Assembly: GCA_046563655.1 (NCBI GenBank)
Contig: CM102283.1
Location: forward strand, 868,001 to 932,000
Length of the DNA stretch: 64,000 nucleotides
Origin: Yuukianura sp. NJ FZ-2021
Lineage: Eukaryota
Reading direction: 5' to 3'
In this document: in pieces, positions 37,030-50,046 of the stretch
Layout of the letters: every line of letters begins with the position of its first letter
Position numbering within the stretch: the stretch's first letter is position 1
Position numbers and translations under genes: made by a program
The notes under the pieces: model-generated
The model's input: the letters and a program-made list of their open reading frames with translations, nothing else
Told to the model about the DNA's origin: nothing
Database searches by the model: none

Positions 37030-40000
37030 CTACTCGAGTTCTTCATTCTTGAACAGAGAAGAGTGGAAACTGCGCTGATGAACTTTGAGGGCCATATTAA
37101 GCGAAAACGTTTTCGGGCATTCGCTGCATTTGAAGGGGGATGATGCCGCTGGCGATTGGTTTTGAGACTTTTGAGGAGAAATCTAAAAAACAAGAATAAA
37201 AACAAATAAAGTAAAGTTAAGCTTAAAATACAGTTAACATATCAGGAATTCAATAACTTTTCGTACCATTTCAGTAATGACTACTTTCGGTTCCAACGAT
37301 GGTGATAATGGCGAAGCAGTGTCTTCGAAAGATTCATCCTTTGATACATCATCTGTCCCGGTGGAAACCGAAACTTTGTGAACAGTTTTCAAGTGGATCT
37401 TCTTAGACCGAACATTTTCGAAACTTGCCGAGCAGAACTCACATTTGAATTCGTTTTGTTCTGTGTGTAGTTTTTCATGAGCGGTGAGTTTTGCATACTG
37501 CATGCAGACATATGGACAGTCATCACACTTGTAGGGTTTGAAGTCAGGATGCTTCTGTGCAAAATGGACTTCGTATGTGCTCCTAGTCGAAAACGTTTCA
37601 CGACAAATGCGGCACTTTTCCTTGATTCCGTTGTGTTCCCTGCCCAAGTCCAAGTTCTCATCTACTTTGTAGTATCCGGTGGGATGAGATGCAGCTTTCC
37701 GAGGAGTTAGACAGAACTCGGAAGTTTGGGGGTCAGAGGTCGCGTTCGGGTGAACTTCCAGAATGTGTCGTTCTCTGTTCGCCAGATTCCCAAAAGAGGC
37801 TGTACAGTGTCCACACTTGAAGATATCAGCTGCTTGGTGAATAAGGGCATGGCGGTGGAGACGTTTCTCATTGGCAGTACGGAATGGACATTCCGGGCAC
37901 TGGTGTGCTTCGTACTTCGGGTGATACAGTTTCAAATGCGAACTCAGTTTCGGTTTACCGCCAATAATCATCTGATCGCAAACAGGACATTGTTTTGGTT
38001 CGGGTGTCCAAGACTTGTTGTTATTGCCATTTTTCTTCGAAAGCTGACGACGTTGTAATCGATTCATTCGATGGCCCTTCTTCATATGGTGCTTCAACTG
38101 ATATTGGTCTGAAAAACGTCGTGGACATGTAGAACAATGGAAGGGCTTCGTATGTATTCCTTCGTGTCGTTCCAAGTCAGAGTCACAGCGAAAAGTTTTC
38201 GAACAGAACGAACATTTGAATTCGTGCCGAATTTCTACTTCTCCCGCCGACTTTTTCCCGGTTCCTCCTCCAGCTTTCTTTTTCGGGGATTTCAAAGTAG
38301 CGCAACTAGGATGTGCCATGCGAATGTGATAATTGACCTTCGCAATAGTACTGTAGGATGCTGTACATTCTGGACACTTAAACTTGTTTGGAATGGTGTG
38401 ACACTTTTTATGGTTCCAGATCGTGCAATGGGCGTTGGATGTAAATGGACATAGCCTGCAGTAGTACAGCTTGACCTCGGGGTGATATAGCTTTCGGTGG
38501 GAGGTCATGCGCAATGTATTGATTGGTTTCAAACAAACCACGCAAGGAATAAGATTTCGGTCAATGACCTTAGCCGATTCGAACTTCCGTACTTTAGTTT
38601 TCTTCTTGCTGTCCTTGATTTCTTGGCTGAGACTCGGATGAACTCGGTAGATGTGACGACGGAGACCAGCCAACGTTGTATAAGTACAAGTACATGCAGT
38701 ACATTTGTTCTTATGGTTCGTCCCATGGTCCTTCCTGTGCTGATAAAGTGAGCACTGCTGTTTTGTAGTAAAAGGACATTCGCCACAGCGGAAGATCCTG
38801 CCTTCAGTTTCCTCTGTTGGCCCAGGGGTTTGAGCTTAGCTTTGGATGGGTCATGGATTCTGCTAATGTGTCTTTGTAGAGCGGAATTCGATGGCCAGCC
38901 TTTGTTACAGTATGGACAAGTGAATGGCCTTGTGTGAATGAATTCGTGCTGCTCCAGGGCATTTTTGTAATTGAAAATTTTAGCACAAAATGGACAGCGA
39001 TACCCATTCAGTGATCGTCGCTTCTTCGCCTTTTTCGTGGGCGAATTTGGCGCTGTCTTAGAAACGTTGGGATCAGCGAGATCGTGTTCGTAACTAACGT
39101 TTTCGGTGGATTGTACGGTATCCGACGGGAGTGCTGATCTGCTGGCAGAGTTGTTCTCAGAAATTATTCGGTTGAAGGCAAATCTAAGACAAATATGAGT
39201 CAATTTTATTTCCTCCGATTTCAGTTACAAAAGTAAATAAATTAAAAGGAAACGAGATTCGATTTCTTTTGCGTTTACTTAATTTTTGTAGGGTTAGAGG
39301 TGGATTGCGCCTGATCCTCTTCCGGAGACATCACCATCTCATCGCCAGCAATTGTAGATGGTTTTAGTTCGATGTAGTTCTCTTCTGGATAGGTCAATCC
39401 CACATCTTCTGTAGTTATCATCCCTTCGTCCGTAGAAGGTGGCACAGAATCACCATCAGCAGTCATTTGTCCACCGTCATCGTTCGTCGGAATCATCTCA
39501 GTCTCATCAGTTATAGAAGATGCCACTTCATGACCATCTTCTTTTGTAGATGTCGTTGCTTCCAGTTGGTCCTCTGTTGTAGACGTAGGCTCCGTGTGAT
39601 CAATCTCTTTGGCGCGTTTCGTGAATTCATGATGGCCGTCTTGTGTAGATGTCATACCATCTTGATTGTCTTCTTTTGTAGAGATTGTCTCTTTCGGACG
39701 ATTTTCTTGTGTAGTATTTGTACATATTACGTCATCATCATCGTTTCCAGATGTGATCGTATAATCATCATCATCGTCGCATAGTAAGTCGGAGTCAGAG
39801 TCGGAGCTGCCAGTACTACTAGTTTCAACCTCCATAGTTTCCTGGTCAGCCATACCATCTTGATTCTGTTTTGTGCCTGGAGTATCCTGAATCGGAAGTT
39901 GCGCTGTTTTGTAAACAAGAGGTTAAACAATTAAAATCGAGACACATAAACATGCTTAGCGAATAACACTGAACGATAATTCATACCTGGAACTTGACGA

Positions 40001-40179
40001 GGAACGCGAGAGAGATGTTTAGGCAAAACATCGTCGTGCTTAGTGATTTTGTGATTAATAAATTCTGGAACTGATTTGTACACTTCTTTGCAGTACTTGC
40101 AAACGAAATGAACGGTTTGGTCCTTGAAGACATGTCCTTGCACGACCTCGTTCGACTCCCTTTGTCTGTTATCAGTCAT
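37030..40179 (-). CDS. Multi-C2H2 zinc-finger protein with acidic linker; one apparent frameshift near 38790-38835
   Basis: Exons at about 40179-39987, 39903-39279, 39183-37267 and 37167-37030. More than 15 CxxC...HxxxH fingers, including HTRPFTC and HTKPFHC linkers. Last exon FKCSECPKTFSLNMALKVHQRSFH...stop. Confidence 0.88.
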
Positions 40180-41357
40180 TCTGTCAATGCCAAAACAAAC
40201 TCAAAATTAATAGGCCAAAATTAATAGTCATTCAACATCTAAAAGTTCTAAAACCTATAAACTTGCTCTCTCGACCGCTAAATTAGTTTTGTAAAAATTG
40301 TTAAAAAAGACAAGTAGAAACTCACCTTTTGTACAACTTATACAAATAACTGCACCGCAACTGATTTAGTAACTGGATACTTTCGTTTCATCAAATGAAA
40401 GCATCACTGTTGACCAATAAAGCACCAACTGACTAAACAGGTACTAAATAAAGCTGTTTACTCTTTAGTTTACCTTCTGTTCTGTCTGTCGTCTCTACCA
40501 AAAAAAAATTCTGTGGCCAACTTCAAGGCAGCCGAATCACAAAATACACGAGACACGAAGGAAGTTTAAACAAACCCCAACACACAACTTTTGTGACAAA
40601 CACGCGATTCGACTTGAAATGAAACTCGCAACTTGCTGTGTTCTTTACTAAACTACCCGCATTTGGCAAATGAATGCTGAGGTCAGCTAAATACGACAGA
40701 AAACGAAGATTAAGATTATGAAACTCTCGAAATAGCTGAATCTCGCATCGATGGAATGCCGCTGATGAACTTAAGCTTTGTTAAACTACTCATTTACTGC
40801 AATCTTTTTTCGTCACGACTACTAATATTAGGAAACTTTAGTACAAAACGGGTTCACTTGACTAATGAAAATCACAGATTCACAGACAGTAAAAGATTTG
40901 CATTACAGTTTCATTCTAAAACTTAAAGCAAAAGATCCGTATTTGAAAAAAGTTACCGTAAAACTTCTAGTAAACGCGGTTCTCTAACAACCGTTGGATC
41001 TCCACGGAGGTTCGGCTCAGATTATAGAAATGCCGGGGTGAATTGGAATTTCGAATGAAAGCCGGGCGCCTAATGGAAGTTTTACGGTATTGGGTTCTAA
41101 AAATAAGAAGATACTGTTATCTGTTGAAGGGCATTGTATGATCACAATAGTAATATCGATATCCACTTTACAAAACAAAATGTCTAGGAACAAAATCCGG
41201 TTAAAATGGCACAAATGCTTGTACAGGAGAAATGAGGTTCGGTTCTTTGCACTAAAGTCTGGACACTCAAAATATTCTATTCTTTGTAGAATTGACATGA
41301 TTGTTAAAGTTCTCTTTGATCGTTTTGTCTTTTCGTCGCTGAGCGCTGACTTTCTTT

Positions 41358-44300
41358 TTACTCGATTCCTTTGGACAATGAGTTTTCCAGTCTGATGTTG
41401 AGATGATCCAAAGGTTCAAGAGCTCTTGTTAGGTGACCAAGGAGATGTGGATCCCTTAAAAACGAATCTGGTTCGTACATTTCCAAGGTCAAAGGACAAA
41501 TAGCTAGTTCCGCTGGAAGGCGATGTAGAAGGTGTTCTCTGGCGGAGAGACAAATGAACAGCTGGAACTTCCCTTCCTTTCCGAGCCCTTGAGCACAACT
41601 TTGTACTTTTTGTGTCAATTCAACAAAAGTCCTCGGAGCCTCCTCTTCTTCCAGGTTTTCTTCAGGTGAATCTGGATCCAAGTCTGCTTCCAGGATTTCA
41701 CTCACCCGCACTGCAAGACAATAAAAAACTTGAACAAGTTGTCATTAAAAATGCAAAATTCAAAAGCGCTCCGTTGTAGCTTACGAAAGTAGTCCCAGAC
41801 GTAATAGTGCCGCGTAAAGAGACGAGTTGACTTGAAGCCATATTGAAAGACCAACTCCAGACTTTTGACGAGCCCTTGTTCCCCACACAGTAAGACTGGG
41901 AGACTTCCTCTTTCTCGTTCCATCTTCGCGTAATATTTGACCAGCCGAATCACAGCTTCTCCTAATATTTTCAAACAAAACCGCCACAAATGAGGTAATA
42001 ACACAATTTTTGCTGTACTTTAGTACGGGCTATTAGTTTACCTAGTTGGGTTTGGATTTCCGCCAGGTTGGGTTTCGGTTCATAAAATCGCCTGGGTACA
42101 CTTGGACTACGAGCCCTTGGCGGTGTCCTGGTATTTGCATGTTCCTCTTCTTCAGTTACGACTAAGGGCTCCCCTAGAAGAAGTCTCTCTGTCGATCCAT
42201 CTTCCACGTCCCTTCCCAACCAACGACCGCACGGAAATCTAAGTCGAGAAAAATTATTTAGGTAGACAATTCAAGTGATTTTGACGTGAATTAATAAGCA
42301 AATCAGTGAGTGGCAATGTTAAAGTTTTTGTTCAAAGTAGATGTTGAACATACTTTCTCGTGAATCCTGTGACTTCGTTTCGTACAATCACATAATCAAG
42401 ATGGAGTTTAGCAGAAACTCCGCTTTCGTCGTGTCCAATCCGAAGAGAGAGCAAAATTCCCAGATTCTTGTGCTAAAGATAAAATCATAAAAACCATTTA
42501 GGTGGGCAATTGAATTCAAAAATTCAATTGAAGTTAGTAAATGTAAAAGCCTTTTTCGAAAGTTTACCTGAAACACAAACTCCAGCATGTCTCTGGGAAG
42601 TGGGAGTGGCGGAGTTTCTCCGAGCGTTCCTGACACAATTACCCACAAGTTCGGAACTGTTCGGCTTCTGCGACTTGGAAAAACTAACACACGATATGGC
42701 AGGACTAAAGTACAAAATAAACCAAAAATTAGCTTCAGCTGCAGTAGATCCTCGATTGATTACTTTTTATAACATACTGATGTTGGTGTAGGTGTTAGTG
42801 AAGGAATAGTAGTCAACCGCATTGAGCGTCAAAATGTGGTACAAAAACTGTTCTCGTTCTTCTTCCGAACGTAGGAAGGCCGTTCGTTTGTAAAATCCAC
42901 GCAGCAACTCTGCGTCGGAAAGTAAAGCTCTCAAATGTTTTGACAAAACTTTTTTCTCCAACGACAGCCGAATCCATGCCCTACAAACGATATAACATTC
43001 GAAAATTATAGTTTGAATTTCTTTCGAAACTGGAATAAATTTTTTTAAAGCTGAATTTTAAAAGAGTGACCTGGCATATCCAATTTCCGTTTTGATTTCT
43101 CTGATGGCTTGAATATTTCGCATATCCGTCGCAATTGAAACTGTCAGAGGTTTTAGTCTGGGCAAATCCACACGCCTCGTTCTATTCACGCTCTCCACAG
43201 AATTTGTACTTGATTCATCAACTGGCTTTTTCATTGGCGGAGTAGCGCTCAGTTCCATGGCACGAGCAGAGAGATCTGAATTCAACCAACAGAAGAACTT
43301 TAACAATTCAAAAACTTAAAAAACTAGAGTACTAAATAACTAATATCTAGACTACTAAACCACGAATAAAAAATCCATACTGTCAAGCCGTTTTCTTAGA
43401 ATACACCAAGCCAAAGCTGCATGAGCATTTTTCAAATAGTTTTCGAAATTCAGTCTTGCTTATTCAAAAATGTAAAAAATGAATAATATTAATTTCTGAT
43501 TCAAAACTGGAAAACTGTTTTACCAGGAGACAGAAACTGAGGATCGAGGGGTTTATGCGTGTCTTTGGCCGCTTCAGCTTCTTCGTAGTTTGTAAGAAAG
43601 TTCCAGAGCGGACTCCGTCCTTTACTTTTGACATGAAGACCATGCGCCCACACCCTTTCCAGCAGATCACACAAACTTCCAACTAAAGTCTTTTCTTCCA
43701 GTCCCACCAAACCAAGGTCACCGTGACCCAGTGCCACCGCTTCCTCTCCTCCCATTTTCTCCACCAACATTCGCTTCGTCTTGGCTTTGCACTCCTACAC
43801 AAAACACAATTCATTCAGTTCAATTAACTATTAAAATAATCTCAAGATACAACAATTTTCATTAATTCCAGGTTAAGCAATACAAAACTCACTTGCAACA
43901 GTTGCTTGACAAATTCCCAATTGGCTTGTGCAATTGAAGCAGGGCTGGAATTTGTCTCTGTCGGAACGAAAACGCTGCGAAGTGAGGGATATTCCCCGAC
44001 GATTCCCGGGGGCAGGCTCATCCGCTCTTTTAGAATAAATTCGGCTGAACTAAGCTCCCTCAAAAGTTTTCGACTCCTACACATACAAATCAAAACATCA
44101 AAACATGTATTTTGAAAACGAAATTCACTCAAGCACATATATTAACAACATGTTTGTTAAAATTTAAAACATACCGCGGTTGTGGTGGTGTCGAGTTTAG
44201 AAGTTTTCTGCTCAAAACCGGGAAACTTGCCGTTGTTTCCTGTGGAAATGTTTCCTCATCCGAGTCCATAGGTTTCGGTAACGGAATCCGGATGTCGGGA

Positions 44301-47300
44301 TTCCTTAGTCTCGTCACGATGACATCTTGAGTAGATTCAATTGTACGGCATGGTTCATACGACGGAGTCCGCACCAAACTTTCGCCATAATCACGTCTGT
44401 ACCACAACCCAGAAACCCAGAAATGAAATTATTATTCAAGTCACAATTACCAATAAATTAACTAAAATTAATATATAAATCACTAATTTTGACTAACCTC
44501 AAGGTTTTGATCCTGTCTTCAAAAAGTAACAGCGTAGGATCCGTGTCTCCACTGCACATTGACGCAATTTTTCTGTCAATTAGACTCGCAAACATTTGCG
44601 TTTCCAGAAATCGAGAGAGGAATGGAAGGTCTCCGTCAGGTTGATCCGAGAGAAACGTCGCTTTGTCAAAGTTGTGAACCAGGACTCGCCCATTATCCTA
44701 CAAATATCAACCCATTCTTGTTAATTGTATGTAAAATTTTAATAAAATCTTGCCAATTTAATTAAAAATTCTAACCTGATCCGGTTGAATAACAAAATGT
44801 TCGTAAGTAGAGAAAATGTGGACGAAGCGGTTGAAGAAAATTTGGCGTAGAGCGTTACTGAGTTTCGAGTTTTGTAAAATATCTTCTGGTGTTCTGCCTT
44901 CTGATTCCAGATCAACTTCGGCTAAACAAAACACATAAGTAATCAATTAATTTAAACAGTATTAGCAAATCAGTATCTCTCTATTATCTCTAATGTAAAT
45001 TACTTTGAGTATTTCCAAATATTTGGTTTGTAGAGAGAAGTGAACGCAGAGCTTCAGACTGATGACTCTGAGTCATGGAAATGTTAATTTGTGAATTGTT
45101 GAGAGACACAGGTTCTTCATTACTCGACATCCCAGAGTCCGAGTCTTGTGACCACGAGCCCTCCGAGGCCTTCCGCGCTGTCCTTCCTCGCCGTTTCCCG
45201 TATGACCAGTTACGACTTCGCTCGGAGTGGAGTGGCCACGATCTGAAATTGAGGTGAAAAGGCACTATAGCTTCACAAATCAAAAATCCAATTAATCATC
45301 CTCAGCTTAGCCTTGAGAAGTCACTCTTGTTGCGTGTAAACTCACTTGTTATTTCGTATCTGGACTCCATATTCCCTCAACACTGAAGTAATTTCGAGTG
45401 ACAGTTCTTGCATGTGTGGAAACGACGGGAGGTCTTCCGGGACCACCAATCGATTTCCATCAATATCTACAAAGCAGAGGTTGGATTCTGCAGGTAAGTC
45501 TTCTTGACACTCCGTAGCTTGAGCATGAAGTCCCATGATGAATGGCACTGGAGCATCCAAGAAGTGGTGCAGAGTTGAAGGTAAAATGGGAACGTAAACA
45601 TGTTGCCAGAGGAATGGATATAGAAGGCCCGTGAGACATTCTGCCACGACCATCAACCGGTACAAGTCTGAAAGGAAAAGACATTTAAAGTTTTGACATT
45701 GACATTGAGTTTAAGTGAATTAAGTAAACTAAATTAAGTTAATTGTAATTAACCTTTTGAGTAGAGGAGTATTTGGTTCTCGAGAAGGATACAAGTGAAG
45801 AGTTGAATTGCTGAGGGAACATCAAGGAGACGAAAGAGGTCACCGACGGAGTAATCCAGAAGTGGAAGTTCTTTGGCCGATGGGCGGGAGAGTATGAGCT
45901 GATGTCCGAAAGAAGAGTATGAGAGACTCCGTCCTGGAGGAGGCACTGGAACGTCCCATAATAAATTATGGACGTAGCTCTCTAGACTCAGGTCGCTTCC
46001 AACTGAACCAATTAACCTAAATAAACAAACCAAATGTTATTACTGTCCATTAGCTATGAAGCAAACATTCTTTGTTTACATGCTAAATACATGAGTTTTA
46101 ACTGAAAACGTTCTTCACATTAACAGTTTTAAAATGATGTTTACATGATGTTTATGCTAGGTAATCGAGGCTTGTTCTTACTTGGTGAGTTGAATTAGAA
46201 AGTGTTTCGGGAGTTGAACAAAAGGAAGTGGTGAGATGAGTGCAATTCCTTTGGTGACATAGAGTCGGTCCTTTGAAGCATCATAGAAGTTTTGTACAGT
46301 AGAGAGAGATGAGTTTCCTTTTTGGGCGGCTAGTTTGAAATGTCGTGGTAATGAGCGCGTGTTGACGTCGTCTAGCAGCCCCACTTCGTGGTTTCGGCCG
46401 CTAGAAGGTCGTTGAGCTTTGGCGTGGTGAAGTGCTGCAGACCCGTTTCTGAAATTCTTACTTTGCATTGCCCGTCGTTCATGGTAGCTTTTGGCAGTCG
46501 ACAGTTCCGTGAGATGCATTGCCTTAAAATAAACAAAAAGAAAGATGAGAACCAGTGCAGTTTCTAGGAAGCACGTCTGGGAAATATTCAAAAGAAAACT
46601 TTGTTTTTAGCATAAAATTTTGAAGAATCTCATCCTGACCTGGAGTGTTTGAATAGCAGAAATGACATGTTGACTTCGCACTTCCTCGTAAAAGACATTT
46701 GAAAATCCATACGTTCTGCTTCCATTTTCTTTAGTGATTACGAAGGGATGAAAAGACGCTTCCAGTCCATGTTTCTGAGTTCGAAAAATGAGTCCACTCG
46801 GCAAGCAAAGCTGAAAAACACAAATTCATGGTTTGACCTCGTTTTGATTTGTATCCGTTCAGAAAAAGTACAAACTCACGTTTCTCACTGCGTCATGGCC
46901 AAATGGATTTCCTGGAACATTGTCTGGATAATGACCTAGAATCTTTGGTTTGTACGACCGTTCCAGTGGACTCCAGTTGGCACAGTCATCTGAATGGAAC
47001 AAAAGGAGGAAGTAACTAATGTTAGTTTAGTAAGGGAGTAATTGGTACATGACATAAATTAGACTCAATTGGAGCAAACAACTTTCTATTTTTTACGCTT
47101 TTAAGCGATGTTGACGTTGAGTCATGGGTGCTATTTCTATACTCTCCTCATTTGGATTCCAAATCCATCCAAATGCAACCAAGGATGAAGAAATAACACG
47201 CAACAACTAACCTTTCTGTTAACCAGCAATTTGTGTACTAAAACCTATCTGTATAGAAATTAAGGAAATTAAGCCCAAGGATCCTTTGACACCATTCCCA

Positions 47301-47503
47301 CGTAAAATAAGGTTGGAGTAATAACAACGTATTAACTTTTTGTCATATTCAAGAAGTTAGAAGATGTAAAAAGTCTTACTTGGCTCCGCATCGTAGGACT
47401 GGAGTACTTCAAGGCCCGACGTTTCATCCAAACCAACAATAACAAAGTAGTCGAAGAGCCTTGACACTGAACCAGCAGTCGTTGTGGATGAACTTGAACT
47501 CAT
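41358..47503 (-). CDS. DENND5: DENN domain-containing protein 5 (Rab6-interacting protein 1): uDENN-DENN-dDENN-RUN-PLAT-RUN
   Basis: N-terminal [60 protein letters not shown] segment [17 protein letters not shown] segment [20 protein letters not shown]; second [23 protein letters not shown]. Many short GT-AG introns. Confidence 0.95.
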
Positions 47504-49273
47504 GACCTTGGTGTGAGGACACTGTTAGTGAGACAATCAACTCCAACAACTGACTGACAGCAAGTGATGATTGTGCACCACATACTTCGTTATCTGCTGT
47601 TTACTCTTTAATAGTCTTCTACGTTCTTTTTATAACTGCCTGAGTCTTCTTTGGAGATTTGAAAATTGAGATGCAGTTTCTTCACAATCCTGTTTTCAAC
47701 TGAATGTCCTTCAAAGCCTCCAAAGCTTTGGTGAGATACTGCAGGCAGAGGCAACCTAGGAATTACAAAAATAAACAAATTGAAATTGAAGATTTACAAA
47801 GCATTGCAACTTGAAAGATAAACTCGAAACTCCAAATTATCAGACATCTGACGTCAGCACTTGAAAATCAAATACAACCACTTCAAAGACAAGCTGAACA
47901 ATCCCTTACTTTCAAAATTTTGGTTAAAGTGAAAGTGAACTGTCAATATTATTCAAGGATCCGCTGCGGTCACACCTTTACACGTTACAGGACTTGGTGG
48001 GTCAAGGTCATGCTTCTTACGCAGTCTGGAATGAATATTAACACTAACTTAAGATCCATAACCTTTTCGCTATGTCGTTCCTTTCTATTGGTTCAGAGAA
48101 TAGTCCGATATCCGGCAAATGTCAAATGTCAAAAGTGGAACCGTGACACCATGAGTAATTTAGGTACTTAAAAAGCTAAATAGCATGGTAAAGTTAAAGT
48201 TACGTTACCTGGAGCCCCACTTATAAAAGTTTAGCCGACCGCGGTAGAACTGCCCGCCGAAAAAATTCAAAAATTTACGGCATTTGGTACTTATAAAACA
48301 AGAGTAAGGAGTGTGGCAGAGAGTGCTGCAACTCCTACCTCACCCCTTTCTCTTCCTCTTGTTTCCCCATTGAGAACTTTCTCATGGTAGCCAAATCGCT
48401 ACCTATAAAGAGCTCCGCCCCTCGAGAGTAGAGTGACGTATGTGGTAAATCTACGGACTCTCGAGGGGTGCTCTAAAGTTACCGCAGTCAATCTTCTATC
48501 ACTTCAAATAGAGTTCACAATGAAACTAATAGTAAATTTAACTAATTTAAGGTACTTTGTGGTTAAATAAGGTGATGTTAGTAGTTTGTGAAGTTAAACT
48601 GGCTTGTGAGGTCATCATTATCATCACTACGTTCATGAGCAGCACACTTCCATTTGTACTAGGTAATAACAATTGGGTTCCCATAAGGAACCCGTTCATT
48701 TGGCCAATAAACGTCAATTCGCGAATGTGAAGTCACCATTCAATTAGATTGTCATCCAGAGATTGTCAAAGGTCACTGATCGTTATCGCTAGTTGTCATT
48801 TTCATTACATTGTCCTAAGGTGCTGTGTAGGTTAGCTGAAGGGAGCTCTATCTGGTTAGGAGCATGTCATGATCAGTTAAACACAATAGTTATCGATATG
48901 ACCATTGTTGAGTGATTAGTGGGTATAGTAATCATTGTTAGTGGCTATTGTCATAAACATGATGAAACAGCTGATCTCTGTTTTGTTTTGAAACTGAAAT
49001 GTTTTGGAGCTGCGGAGTCTGCGTACTCCCCTCCAACCCCTCCACCTCACCTAACTCGGAGAAAAGTTCCTCAAATCTACCACAATGAGGGAAAGTGTTT
49101 TATAAGTAAGGAAATCTGAGTGCGGTAAGTGATTCGGCTAAACTTAGGCTATGCCAAAGTTAGGCTAGCCTATGTTTATAAGTAGGCTTCCTGTGGTTTC
49201 CTCCACTTGTGGTCTAACGTCAGCAGTGTTATGAAAACCTCTTGAGCAGGAACTTCACTTGCTACCACTGCAG

Positions 49274-49475
49274 TCACTGAAAAGAGAATGGACCAATTTG
49301 TAAACACGGAAATTTCACACTACTAGAGCAAATGGTAAATGAGCATAAAAAATTTCACCTCATTCCTCGTCTCCACTCACTTTCATTTTCACGTCCCACA
49401 ATGTATTCCCCATCAGACGGGGTTCACTGTTCCACTGAATTATCGGATACAACATTCCGCAAATTCCTGACGTAT
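49274..49475 (+). repeat. Dispersed ~200-bp repeat, copy A
   Basis: Colinear diverged match to 61905-62108 (agagaatg..ccaatttgtaaa.acggaaattt...cagacggggttcact.ttccactgaa...aaattcctgacgt). Confidence 0.85.
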
Positions 49476-50046
49476 TTAACGAGTACTAATACGGCAATCC
49501 TATCACACTACTCACTTGTACCTGTACTTGGTACTGTATGTTTATTTCACATGAAAATTACGGTTTAATAAGATACGACGTTATAATGGTTAACCACGGC
49601 TCCACTAGGGAGGGTATACAGAGGGGTTCGAGAACCCTTGTACGCTAATATGAAAGCTTACAGTTTTTTGCACCTATCAATAGTACTATTTATATAGTAG
49701 TTGAATTTCTGCACCACGACTTCATATTTTCTGTGTACGTATTGCGCCAAAACCGTGTTGAAAATGTAGCCAATGTTTCAAAACCATGTTGATATTATAG
49801 TTATAAGACGCAAAATACCCGAATCTACAATATTCACGAGCTCGGCAACGTTCAATTGCAAAATTGTTAAAGTCGATGCTTGCCAAAAGCAAAGTATCGA
49901 TTCCAAAAAACCGATTTTTACGGTAGAATGATTCCGGGCAATTCAGCAAGTTTAGTCAATGTATTTATTGTACGTTTCTTAACACTACAAAAAAGCAAAA
50001 ATTCTATTACGCAGGCTTTTCGATATTTTTTTTTCTGATATCTATT

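Noticed and set aside
47849-47856. Perfect CRE palindrome TGACGTCA upstream of DENND5
   Set aside because: A single 8-mer is expected about once by chance in 64 kb, and the TSS is unknown.
48218-49110. Possible TIR element (acttataaaa...ggtaga / tctacc...ttttataagt)
   Set aside because: The inverted match is too short and degenerate, and there is no TSD.
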